Origin: Vicugna vicugna
Taxonomy: Eukaryota
NCBI GenBank assembly: GCA_013265495.1
Contig: MU058868.1
Coordinates: forward strand, 2,721,553-2,785,552
Length of the DNA: 64,000 bases
Reading direction: 5' to 3'
Program-made: the position numbers and the translations under genes
Shown: positions 21,521-33,881 of the stretch, in pieces
Layout of the letters: each line of letters begins with the position of its first letter
Position numbering within the stretch: position 1 is the stretch's first letter
Notes under the pieces: generated by a model
Database searches by the model: none
Told to the model about the DNA's origin: nothing
What the model saw: only the letters and a program-made list of their open reading frames with translations

Positions 21521-22752
21521 TATTTGCAGCCTTCCCGCCAGACTTCCTGCGTGCTCATCTTAAATAACTGGTTGGTAAAGTCTGGTTACTCAGAGAAGGC
21601 CACGCACACCTTCCAAGTCACAGAATTGGCAGGAGCCTTATTGACAGTTTCCACAGAAGCCTTTTAGGCGCTTGCTGCGTTTGAGCGTTCCGATGCAGCT
21701 CTGTAGATAATCTTGCGCTTCCGGCAAGGATGTGTCCCAGTCCCCCCTCGCGTGGGGGCGGCGGACAGGGCGGCCTCTCAGCTCCTCCACGCCCCGCCTC
21801 TCTCTGTTACTCACTCACGGGCGGGTAACCGCAGCGCGGCAGAAGTCACTTACTCATTTATGTGTTTCGTCCTCTGCGCAGTACTCTTAGTAGTTTTTGT
21901 TTGTTGTTAGGGCCCACAGAGACGCTATAAATAGTTCAGAATGAGGCACTTGAATCATGCAGCCCTGCAGACAACACAAATGACTGAAGCAAGTGTCATC
22001 ACACTTACAGACGCTCGGCTTAGCCAGTGAGGCCGAGCTCAGCAGGGATGAACGTAAAGCCCTTTATCTAGGTTTAAACATCAATCGAAAGTTATTTCCC
22101 AGAGGTTGCTCTCAGTGGTCTACTGAATGGGGATGTGGCAGCGAGTCGGGGGAAAGCGATCAGGGTGTCACAGGTGACCACAGCCTTGTGTCTCTGCAGA
22201 ATGTCTTACACCCCCTCGGGCTCTGTTCCCAGCAGTATGTGAGTGTGGGAGGTGAGGGTCCCATCCGATTCCCTGCTGGCTTCCCCACCACTTTTGGAGA
22301 ACATTCTCCGTTAGAGGGTGAAGACCCAGGACGTGGGGGTCTGGGAAGCGCGGCTTATAAAGTCTGAAGAGGAACTGGGTTATTCGGGGGGCAGGAGAGA
22401 AAACAAAAGAACAGTGGGACTTGTCTTAAGGTATTTGAAATCTCTTGTGTAAGAAGATTTCCTTCGGTCGTGGACGAAGGGAGGCCGTCCCCCTCGCAGG
22501 GAGTCAGCGCCTCTGAAACGGTCCGGGTCTGGCAGGGCCCCGCTGGGGGAGCTCTGCCGGGCGGCCTGTGCGGCCCTGGGAGCCACCCCCTTCCCTTCCC
22601 GGCGGCGACCGTGCCGCGTGCTCACGGGTACGCCCTACAGGGGGAGCACCTGGGCTGCGAGGATGAGCGGGCGCCCCGCCGGTGGGGGGCGGGGCGGGCC
22701 GGGCACCGGGCCGCGTGCCCAGCAGTGACGAGGGCGCGGCGGCTCTTCGCAG

Positions 22753-22875
22753 TGAACCGTCTGGGCGAGCTCAGGAACGACAGCGACCCCAACTGCACGT
22801 ACGAGGGAGACAACAACGTGCTGCTGCAGCAGACCAGCAACTACCTGCTCAGCCTGCTGGGGCGCCGCGGCCCAG
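22753..22875 (+). CDS. ACOX3: ACOX3 exon 12, aa 434-475, carries the catalytic Glu (GAG 22803-22805)
   Basis: (V)[40 protein letters not shown]; TTCGCAG acceptor, GTGAGG donor. Confidence 0.96.
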
Positions 22876-23051
22876 GTGAGGCCCCAGCCACGCCAGCCTG
22901 CCCCACGGCCGGCCGCCCCATTAGCCCTGCAGTCAGGACGGCCCTGTGTTTGCAGGAAAGAGAGGTGTGGTCAGATGGGGAGGGGCCAGCCCCCGCGTGG
23001 TGGCTGGGGGCGGGGTCCTGGCTCTCCCAGAGCCGCTGGCTGTGCTCCTAG

Positions 23052-23165
23052 GTGGCCCTCGCGTTGAGAGCCCTCTGAAGACTGTGGACTTTCTGGAATC
23101 CTATCCCGACATCCTTGGCCGCAGGTTCACAGGCTCCAGCCCTGAGGACTGCTGGGACTCCTCAG
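23052..23165 (+). CDS. ACOX3: ACOX3 exon 13, aa 475-513
   Basis: (G)GPRVESPLKTVDFLESYPDILGRRFTGSSPEDCWDSS; CCTAG acceptor, GTAAGT donor. Confidence 0.94.
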
Positions 23166-26100
23166 GTAAGTACACACCTGCCTGTCTCTCCGCCCCCGCC
23201 CCGCCCCTCCGGGTGCACGGTGCCCGGCTAGGGCCCTGAAGCAATCTGCTGGTTTATTCCCTTGTTTGTTGAATAATTCATCCATGGAGCAGCTCCTGTG
23301 CCCAGCGCTGAGTCAGTGCTGACTCCAGGGTTGGAGTGAAGGGAGTCCACCCCCCTCCAGCGTATAGCAAGAGGCCTCCGGGTCCCAGATCCGCCTTGCC
23401 AGGCAGCCTTGGTCCCACCCGCCACCCCTGTGCCTGGGTTCTCGTCACAGGAGGTTGGGTGTCCCACTCGTGGTCCATGCCATTCACTGTCTCTGGGCCT
23501 TTGCACATGCCAGGCTTTTCATTCTGGTCCTGGCCTCCCTTCTGTCTGTCCCCCTGATCAGCACCCTCCTCAGTTCTCTGCGCACCTCAGATCTGGACCT
23601 GAGCCTGCTGCATCCAAAGCTCAGGATCTCCTGTTGCGGCCCCCAGACGCTTGGTAATGGGTGGTCGAGGGAGACGTCACAGGGAGAACAGCGTTGGTGA
23701 CACCCCCCCCCCCAGGCTTCTGAAGGATGAGCTCTCCTCCTACAAGGTCCTACTCTCTTTCCGGTCAGATCCCTTATCAGAAATAGCAGCAGGATGTAGC
23801 CAGGTCTTCACTCCAGTGGGCGTGTTTCGTGAGCACACCTCCCTCTGCCACCCAGGGCTCCTCTGTGGTCCGGGGCTGACCCCCAGGCGTGTGCCCCCAG
23901 CAGGCAGCAGAGGCGGACCCTCTGGCAGGTCACCCAAGGAGCTGGAAAGGCAGCCCCCCTGCCAGGAGACCGAGGGCACCTGGGACGTAGGGCAGGGCCC
24001 CCACCCCACTGCGCCGGGCTCCCATCTGCACCGCAGGGTGATGACAGCTGTACCTCTGCAGTGTCTGTGGGGACAAGCCAGGGGCGCAGTGCACTCAGGT
24101 TGGCGCTTGGCACCATGCAAGGGCTCAGGAACGGCCCTTGACATTTACAACACGGCCCAAGTTACAGTTTTCATCACAGAAATTACTGTCAATAGCTGTA
24201 CATCCCCCTGAACGCCGTTATCAGAGAGCACCTGGCTTTGCTGTCAGGAGACCCGAGTGTGCGTGTCCCCTGGGGCCTGGGGGGCTTAGATCCTGTGGGT
24301 GAAGGAGCCGCCCCCTCCCTTACTCGGAGGATAGAGAGCACGTGACACATCGAGCAGCTGCGGGCGCTGAGCACGTATCTCCCGCTGGCCCTGCAGGGCT
24401 GCGCTGCTGCTCACAGCTTCCAGAAGGGAGGCCGTGGTCCAGTCCCCCTCCATCCCCCGAATCCACGTCAGCGGCCGGAGTGAGCACAGAACCCAGGCTG
24501 GGCCGGCCTCCCAGCCGTCTCTCCTCCATCTGCAGCCGCAGCCAGCAGCGTACCTGCTAGTAACAGCTCCATTTCCCTCCCTGCGCTGTGTGACAGTTCT
24601 GACGATCAGCAGCCTTTTTTATCCCACTTCTTAAAGCGCCAAGAGGAAGCAGGGACCGCTTGGAGGTCTCTTTCTGCTGGCCACGCGGCCCCCTAAGTGT
24701 CGTGCAGGAGGCACCAGGGAGTGACGCCACCATCCCAATGTCAGCCCCACCGGGATTTTCTCCCCTGAAACCATCACCCGTTGTAAACTGAGGCAGTAAA
24801 CAAGTGGTCTGCCAGCGCTGTGACACGGCCGCCGTGCCCGCCGGCCCCCGCCCCTCTGCCTGACACCGTTAGAGCCACGGCTGCACTGTGGGCCGGCGTC
24901 AGGAAGAACGCCAGGGCAGCGTCATCTGTTTTTCCTGTGAGCGCTCTAATTTCGCAAGAGCCAACAAAGCGAAAACATTCTCTGGAGGAGAGGACACAAG
25001 CAACACTCATTTGGCACCAGGGGCCTGGCATCAAACACGGCTGCTACTCCCCACGCGGAGGAGGGAGCCCGCGGCCCGTGGCCAGCCCCTCGGCCCCAGC
25101 ACGTGATCGTCAAATCCCAGACCTCGGGCTGGCCTGTCTCAGCTGGGTCTGGGGCAGAAATGAGCTAGGTGACATATGACCCTCGGGCTCTGGAAGACGA
25201 GACGCAGGCCCTTCCCAACACTGGGCACAGCCTGTTTGGACATCAGGAGGTTTTCCTCTGGGGATTCAGATGTGTGTCTGGGGAGGGAGGGGCAGGCATG
25301 GCTCCTCGGCTCCCTGATCCTCGCACTGAGGATGTGTGTGCACTGAGGATGGGCTTAACAAGTGGCCCCGAACACCGGGGACCTGCGTGTCACTTAATGT
25401 CATAAGGCCTTTCTCTTTCCTTGAGTTAGCTCATCACGAAAATACTAAACAATTGGAGCATTTGCTTCTCTGGCCAAAGGAAAACATGCAGGGCAGCGGG
25501 GTTGTGTAGCACCCTGTGTTCAGAGGGGCCTGTGGTGTGGGCGGCACGCCCAGGCCGTGGGTCAGCTGTGGGCCCTGGGCCAGATGCTGATCGGCCATTA
25601 AGGGGTGCAGAGGGGCACCTGGGGGAGCCCCAAGGGGCCCCGTGGTGCAGCACCTCAGAGGCCACTTCTGACCCAGGAGCTGGGAGGGACTTGAGGACTG
25701 AAGTTGAAGCAGTGTTTGTCCTGGGCTATTCGCCACCCCCCAAGCAAGAGCGTTCCTGCCCGGCTGTGCCGGCTCCCCTGGCCTCCCCCACTCAGTTTTG
25801 TCCCCGCTGACCCCTCATGTCCAGGTGACTTCTCCAAGTGGTCCACACACCAGCCCCGTTGTTACCTTCGTGTGTTCGCTAGGGGCTCAGCCCTGCCGTG
25901 TGAACACGTCGGAGCAGAGTGACGCACTTAGTAAAAACTTGAGAGCTGAAAGTGGAGTTTCCAAAGGAAAATGTTCAAACAACCAAGGCATGAAGCTGGC
26001 TTCTCTCTTGGAGCACAGACTGTGAGCTGGTCACCGACACCAGGCGCAGTGGGTGACCGTGCAGGCCGTCACCTGCCAGGGCAGCACTTGGATGCGGCCC

Positions 26101-27771
26101 GGACAGCATGGTTGGTGCGTCGTAGGGTGGTAGGGCCTCTGCCCCAGGTACACAGGTGTCAAAATGGGCCCCCCCAGCACCAGCGCTGGCCCCAGCGTCT
26201 GCCTGGGTTTGCAGGGACGTCCTGAAGGGCGGCTCCGGAGTGCCCCGGGGCTGCCGCGGTGTCTGCGCCCTGCACACAAACTGGGTGCTGAGAACAGCAG
26301 GAACTGACTCACGTTGTGGACAGAAGCCCGCAGGTGAAGTGAGCCCCTGGCTGCTCTCCCTGCAGGGGCTCCAGGGAGGGTCCTTCCTCCCTGTGGAGCC
26401 CCTGGTGGCCGCGGGCGTTCCTGGTCTCGTGGCCACATCACCCGGTCTCTGCCTCCGCCTTTGCATGGCCTCCCTTCTGTCTCGCACAAGGACACTCACT
26501 GGATTTAGGGCCACCATGGTCCAGGGTGAACTCGCGTTGTAATGTCATTTCATCTGCGAAGACCCTTTTCCTGTGGAAAGGCACGTTTGCAGGTGCGGGG
26601 AGACACATGGATGTGTCTTTCAGGGGGGCCCCATTCAAGCCAGCACACCTGGCAGGCCTCTGAGAGGGGGACCGCATCCCAGCTCCCTTCCCCACTGCCG
26701 CATGGGGCTCCCTCAGAACAGCCATGTGAGCCCGGGCAGGCTGTTTGCTGCCTCTGAGCCTGCGTTTCCTCAGCCCTGAGAGGTGGTTCAGGTGCTCTTT
26801 AATGGGATTCTCGGCTGTGCTGTGAGGATTTGCATATACAACACGTGAAACGGGCAGGGGTCTGCAGCAGGACCCAGCAAGTACCGTGCACCTTCTTCCT
26901 GAAGTCCCAGGCCCCCTGTGTCCAGCCTTTGGGCCCAGACCCAGTGTAGCCGGACCCCTGCTGGGAGCCCAGGGAGGGAGCCCCGAGCCGGGAGCAGCCC
27001 CTGGGGCCTGGGCGCCCAGCGCTGCGCCCTCGGCCTGGGTCAGCAGTGAGTGTGGACCTCGGGCCACACAGGCGGGTCAGACCCTTGCTGGCTCACCATG
27101 GGCCCGGGTGCCTCCCTGTGCCCCTGTGCTCAGCGGAAGGGGTGGTGGCCACACTGCTGGGCAGGGTCTCCAGCGGTGACGGGACAGGAGCAGGGGGCCC
27201 CGTAGATGCAGGCACAGCACCGTGGCCAGGAGAGGAGGACGGGGGTCTCCATGCAGCCCTTTGCAGCCCGTCCCCCCTGCATGCCTGTCACGGCGCGCCC
27301 TGCTCCGCAGCCTCCCTCCTCTGCCCAGAGAGCCCCGGGAGGGACGAGCGAGTGGCAAGGTCTTGGGAGAGCCGCCCACCGCAGCGGTGAGGTCCCCGGT
27401 CAGGTGGCTGGAGCGCGCCTTCCTCTCACCACCCACCCACCATCTGCTGGGAAGTTGTCCTGCCATCCATGCGACTCCGCGTTTCATCCAGACCGCGTAG
27501 CCGTCTTACATAAACGAGGCGGTCGTCACGCCTTGGACTCCATGGTTGCTAGAACCGTGTAGAACTCGGCCGGCCTCACAGCAGAGCCGGGAAACGCCCT
27601 CAGCCGTGCTGGTCCCGGCCCGGCCACCGGCCGCTGCGGCCGAGCGCAGCTGCCCTGCCTGGGCCTCAGCCTCCCCGTCTAAACGGGCCCCACCCTGCTC
27701 GCTGCCACGAGGACTAAGTACTCGGCAAGGTCAGGGCCCCGCAGTCACTCTTCCCTGTTTCTCATTTGAAG

Positions 27772-27887
27772 CCGCCCTGGCAGCGTACGAGTGGCTGGTT
27801 TGCTATCTGCTCCGGGAGAGTTACCAGAAGTTAAATCGAGAGAAGCAGTCTGGGAGCAGCGACTTTGAAGCAAGAAACAACTGTCAG
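27772..27887 (+). CDS. ACOX3: ACOX3 exon 14, aa 513-551
   Basis: (A)[38 protein letters not shown]; TTTGAAG acceptor, GTATTC donor. Confidence 0.95.
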
Positions 27888-30800
27888 GTATTCGTTTGTG
27901 TTACAAGTTGCTCTTTTTGTGATTTGTTCCTAATTCCTGTACTGTCGTGTCCTCAGTGAGCTGCACCTCAGGCACCTGGCCTGACCTCTTTGCACCTCCC
28001 TTGCCAGACATGGAAGAGACTGTGGGCATCATACTAAGGTGCCTGACAGTGTCCATGGGCTGTGGAGACCTGAGGCACACGGTGGGGCTGGGACAGGAGC
28101 CAAGATCCCTCCCACCAGCAGGGCGATGGCTCGTCGACTCACGTGAGGGCACGCCAGTGCTCCGCATTTGGTTTCTCAAAGTCGTCATCCCCCTCCCCCA
28201 GATGCCTGAGTGGAATCGGTCCAAGGGCCGCGCTGGTTCTCACGCTGGGACAGGGCTGCCTCTCGTGTCCAGGGTCCCGGCCCTCGTTAGGTGGCACCTG
28301 GTTCTGCTGTGCTCTATAGCCCGGTGCATCTGCAGTGACAGGTGTTTTCTGGGAGGCCGGAGGTGAACGTAGCCCGGGAAGCTTCTAAATCCAGTACTCG
28401 CTCTTGTTGGTATCTGCTCCGGGTCACACTGTGTGATGGAGCCATCCCGGAGATCCTGGGGCCACATCCGCCCGTGGCCTCTGACGGCCCCGGCTCCTGG
28501 GCCCCTCAGCAGAAGACACAGAGCAGGCACCCAGGGACTTGCTAGGCGCGCCTGCCCCGGGGAGGGAGGAGCAGACAAGGACGGGTCTGGATTAGAAAGG
28601 CCCCTGCGGAGGGCAGATTAACCAAGACCACACCTGTGTCATCAAAGGAGTGAACTAGCAGGCGGCAAGGGCAGTGAGCCTCCAGTTCAGTCTAGGGACC
28701 CAGAGTAAGGGGTGTGAGCACCGCCCTTCCAGGTGCACTGGGCCACACAGGCTCAGTCGCTCGGACATGGGCGGCTGTGGTCAGCTTGTCCCGCGTCACT
28801 CCGTTCTCTGCATGTCGGGGTGTCGACCTGGAGATGGAAGTGGAGATGCTCCCCAAGACCCTGGAGCGATGGAGGACGCAGAGGACGCCCATTCCCGCCA
28901 TGTCCGAACCCCACAGAGCATCCAGAGGGCCACCGCAGCCGTCCGAGCCGTCCGCTCACACCTGCACTCCCGGTCTCACGGTGGCCCGGGGTGTGGCGCT
29001 GTCGGTTGAGAAAGAATTCACCGAGGCCTGGAGGGAGAGGTGACCCCAGAGGGAGTCTGCATCTTCCAGACCTGGGCTGCATCACGGAGCATGTTAAGAG
29101 GGAGCATGGGGTCATCCTTACAGCCGAGAGCGTTCTCAGAGCCCTGGGCTGGACGTCCAGGGTCCTGTGGCGATGCGGTCCCTTCCCATAGCGTGATGGC
29201 AGCGGCAGGAGGAAGCGTGAGAAGAAAAGTCCAGGCGGTGTTTGTGCAGCCTTGGCGGAGACAAGCTTCTTAAGTAGGACGGAAACTCGGAAGCTGTGAA
29301 AGACACTGTCGGCTCTGACTGCGTTCACATTCACCCTTTCCGACTATTCTGAATAGTAGAAGATGATGTAAGCAACGTCAGAAGACAGATCCCAGGCTGG
29401 GGAAGCACAGAACACCACCGGCTACAGGAAAGAGTTCCCGCAGCTGGAGGGTCAGCCTGGCCCGGGACCTGCCCCCCGCCCGAGGTGGCCACCGCAGCAG
29501 CGGCTGCCCGCGGACCAGGGCCCGGGACGCACAGGTGGAAGGACCGTGTCCAGTGGACAGCGGCCACTCCACACCCTGTCCTTTTTGGGGAGGTTACTTG
29601 CAGTTTTGTGGGAAGATAAGACGCGCTCTCCTTCTGACTCAGCGCCGGAGCTGATTAGCTTTTCTCTACTCCCACTGGCAACAAACTACTGTCAACTGTT
29701 CACCTACAGCTGGCTGGGCGCACACAGCAGGGTCTTAAAAGAAGAAAACAAAGGCGCGTTTGTTGTATTTTTTGGCTGGGCAGCACCTTCACACGTTCCA
29801 AGTGAGAAGATATCAGAAGGTGGGGGGGAAGCCCCCCCGGACTCCCTCCAGCGACGTCTGTACAGGAAGCAGGATGAGGTGCTGTTTCTCCCTCCGTGTG
29901 TCGTTTCACTCCATCGTCTCTGATGGGTAAGGATGTCGAGGCCAAGAGAAACGGCCCAGGGCACTGGCTTGACCCTGGAGGGCCGGCACTGACCCCAAGC
30001 CTGCTGACCCCAGAGCCCGACTCTTCCCCCGGGCTGCGCAGCTGATGTCCAAATGTAGTTCAAACAGTTCAGATTTTGGTTTTTTGCCAAAAGTTTCCGT
30101 TACTTGTTAAAGTGCAGATATGCTCAGAGCTTAGGACGTACCCAAGAGCAATATCTGACCCCGAATTCCTTTCCGGGGCATGTGGGCTCTGGCTGACCCT
30201 CCTGGTGGCAGCGCTCGGGGCCTGGCACTATCACATGCCCACTGCACAGACCAAGAAGCTCGGGCTTGGGGCAGAAGCCACTTGCCCGCACTTACACACT
30301 CGTAAAAGCCAAGCGGGTTTGGACGCTGAGGCCCAGGCCCTTAGCTACTGCATCCGTGAGACAGAGCCCGGCCGGACTCATACGCACCCGCGCAGTGTCA
30401 TGGTCAGAGGTGGGGCCGCCTTCCCAGGCCAGCACCAGTCAAGGCCGTAGCTGAAACTAAAGCGTGCCGCTTTACAGAAAAATAAGATGAAAAGAGTGTG
30501 ACCTAAGACTAGAAAATCCATGTGAGTTTGGACTCAGTTCGAGCCTGGCCTCTGGGATTCACAAAGGGGCACCCACGCGGAGAGGCACCCACAGCCTGTG
30601 AGCACGTTTAGGGGTTTAATGTACTAACATGCCCTGGTGAAGTAGTTAAGGGGTGGTCACTGGGGTCAGCCTGCCTGGGTTCAAGTGTGTCTCCGCCCCT
30701 TGCCAACTGTGTGACCTTGGTGCGGGGTGGGGGGTGGGGGGCTCAGCTTAGGGCCTGGCCTGGGGAGCAGTCCTGCCCACCTTCATTGTCATTGTCATCT

Positions 30801-31932
30801 CCCCTCCTATGAGGCCCCCCACCCTGCACCCAGCAGAGACCCCACCTCCCCGGTCCTCACCTTCCAAAGCCAAGAGCACACACACCACAGTGTGTGCAAG
30901 AAGGAAGGGGTTAAAGCCACTCTGAGGCCCCAGGCTGGCCCTCCAGAAGGGACAGTGGGGTAGCAGGACGTGTACCCTCTGGGGATGCAGAGGCCCAGTG
31001 GGGTCTTGGGACAGGACCAGCCAGATGGGCAGGAGGTGGGGAAGCACCCTGCCCCGGAATTTTCTCCTGACAGCTCACTGTCTCCAGCAGGCCCCAGGGG
31101 AACCTTGGCCTTGGAAGTGACAACCCAGTGTTTGCTCTGAAAGTTTACAGCAGGCTTTACGTCAGAGCCCATCCCCCTCGGTGCTCCTGCCTCCCGCTTC
31201 CCGGAGCCCACTCTCCCCCCCACCTCCCCAGGGATGCTGGCTGGCGGCCTGGGTCAGTCATGCAGGCCTGAGGAGGGGTCTTCTCCGCGCCCCGCTCCGG
31301 GCACTGCCGTGCTAAATTTTTTTAATTTCCAAAGCAACACGTGCTTATAACAAATCAGGAATGCACGTATGATTGTCCTGATTTTAAAAACTGGTTAAAA
31401 TAATAAATTGGAGACTGGAGAAGAAAAGCTAACAAGCAAAGCTAATGATTAGCAGCAGATGTTTTGGATGTCGGTTTAAAAAAGAAGTTGGGACCGAAAG
31501 ATCGTCAGTGACTTCCTGCTTCCACAAACAAAGCCAGAGTCAGAACTCACATGCAAGGAACACTTGGCCCCGCTCAGCCGTCCCCCTTGTTTCTGGACCT
31601 GACTTGAGGGCGGAGTGGGAGAGAGGCTGTTTCTTTCAAAGTCTGGGAGGCCAGCAGCGTGGCAACGCCCCGGGGGAGGCTGACATCACTTTCAGGTGCC
31701 AAGCACCTTCTCTGTGGCCCCAGGTGGGAAAGAGAATTGACCTCGCGCCCTCGGGGAGCCCACCTCCTGGGGTCAATGCAGGCCTCTGCGTGGGGCTTTC
31801 CCCGAGGGTGCTGCCTGTGCCCGCCCCATCTGTCCCCGGAGCGCCTGGTGCTACTGGCTCGCAGACCTCCCACGGTGCCTGGCTGGCCGCCTGCTCACCG
31901 GCGGCTGGCGCCCGTGCCGGGCTTCGTTGCAG

Positions 31933-32107
31933 GTGTACTACTGCCGCTCCTTGGCCCTGGCCTTCCTGGAGTTCACGGTGGCGCGGAGGTTCCACGAGCA
32001 CACGCACCAGCCCCACGTGCCGCCCCCGCTGCGGGCCGTGCTCGGGCGGCTGAGCGCCCTCTATGCCCTGTGGTCCCTGAGCCAGCACACGGCCCTGCTC
32101 TACCGAG
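31933..32107 (+). CDS. ACOX3: ACOX3 exon 15, aa 552-610
   Basis: [58 protein letters not shown]; CAG acceptor, GTGAGC donor. Confidence 0.96.
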
Positions 32108-33286
32108 GTGAGCCCCCTGCGCGGGCACCTGCCGCCCCCACCTCACCCTCCACTGTGCCTGGGAGACTTAGCTCCCCTGTGGGTTACTGAACACTCATCC
32201 CATGCTGAGTGAGCCTTTGGCGGATAAGGAGCCCGGAGCCCGTGGGGAGAAAAGCACGAGGGGCAGAGCAGCATCAGGACGGCCCTGAGAGCCGAGCCGA
32301 GCGCTGGGGCGGCAGTCCCGGGAGTGCCCACTCTGGGGACCTGGAGGGCTTCCTGGAGGAGGTGATGAGTGGGCTGATTCCTGGAAGATGGGTGGAAAGA
32401 GAGTAAACCTGAGTTTCTCAATCTTTTTTTTCATTTTTCTCCCCCTAAGAAACCTCTTCAAATATTTTTTTCTAATCACCCCCATGATGTGTTACTACTA
32501 CAGCTATTCTGTGTAGCTGTTCGTGTCCTGTGCGTGTGTCTGGCCTGCACCAGGAGTACGTTTTTTCCCCTCCCCCTTGCCAAGAACCCACGTTTTCGCC
32601 CCTTGAGGTGGGGGTTGTCCCTTGGAGGCGGTGCACAGGGCCTCCCAGGCAGAGGGAGCAGTAGGGTGCAAGGACTGGAGCCCACGCACCCTGACGAATG
32701 ACAGCTCTGGGTGAGCGGACAGAGTTCTCTCACAGAAAAATCCGACAGCAGCCAGTCCTGCAACACATGCATTCTCCAGCGCGTGGGGCCGCTTCCTTGG
32801 GCCTGCTGGCCGGCACAGCACAGCCCGCCGCAGTGTGGGAGGCGAGACAGAGCAGGGGCGGCCCATGCCCATCCCCTGGTGGCTCCAGATGGCCCGTGTG
32901 CCCCCAGGCACAGCTCTGTGCCTGCAGCCCCTGCCAGCCCCCAGCCCAGGCTCCGTCCGGGCGTCCCAGTCACCACCTGTGCTGTGCTCTGCCTGCCCAG
33001 CCGACCGGCCCTGCCCTGCTGGCCTCCCTGAGCCTCTCGCCCAGGCCCTGGGCTTCTGTGTCCCCAGCTCCCAGCCATGACCTCCCAGCATGTGCTCAGT
33101 GAACCAGTGGGAAGGGGGACACGGGAACCTGGCCCCAGCCAACGCCATCTTGCAGAGAGGTCGCAACGGGGTTCGGGCAGTGGTAGCGAGAGGTTTTCCT
33201 ACAAAATGGGCTGTTTGGGAAAGGAAGCTTGCTATTTGTGGCTGATCTGGGGCCAGACCCCAGGGTAACCGACCCTCTGCTTACAG

Positions 33287-33354
33287 GTGGCTACTTTTCT
33301 GGTGAGGAAGCAGGTAAAGCGATAGAGAACACCATCCTGGCCCTGTGTGCCCAG
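33287..33354 (+). CDS. ACOX3: ACOX3 exon 16 (68 nt), aa 610-632
   Basis: (G)GYFSGEEAGKAIENTILALCAQ; TTACAG acceptor, GTAAGC donor. Confidence 0.95.
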
Positions 33355-33701
33355 GTAAGCTGCCGTCACCTGCCACTGTCGCATGATTATGTATTACACG
33401 ATCACCTGAATAGTAATGTCCACTGGCCTTGGCCTCGTGTGCACAGAATGGTGAGCAGCGACGGGAAAATTACAGAAGAATGTGCTCGTGTCAGAAATCG
33501 CGAGGAGAGTAGCTTTCCGGGACCATCTTAGACTCTGCACACGTTCAGTTCACTCTAGTGTCTTTACAGCGACGTCAGTGATTCTCGAGCATTTCACGTT
33601 AGTCTCCAATTTCATTTCACGGTATTTTATTTCGTTATTGCGTTCTTTTACCTCCGTCACCCAGGAGTGTCAGCTGGCCCTGGTCCCATGTTATGTTTTA
33701 G

Positions 33702-33881
33702 TGGTGCCCTGTGCACGGGAACTTCCTGCAGGAATGGACGTGCTCTGGGGCCGCACTGCCCCGTGCAGTCACCACCAGCCCCCTGGGTAGAAGAGTAGTG
33801 AGTGTGACTGAGGATTTTTAGTTTTCTTTCAGTGTCATTAAACAGCCACGTGTGTAGTGGCCACTGTGTTGGGCGGTGCAG
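33702..33881 (+). mobile_element. MER3-like hAT element
   Basis: gggaacttcctgcaggaatggacgtgctct...gagtgtgactgaggatttttagttttc...aaacagccacgtgtgtagtggccactgtgttgggcggtgca. Confidence 0.6.

Noticed and set aside
27741-27771. Upstream AG that would add 9 in-frame residues (VTLPCFSFE) to exon 14
   Set aside because: No pyrimidine tract precedes it; the downstream AAG gives the expected exon length and the 700-aa total.
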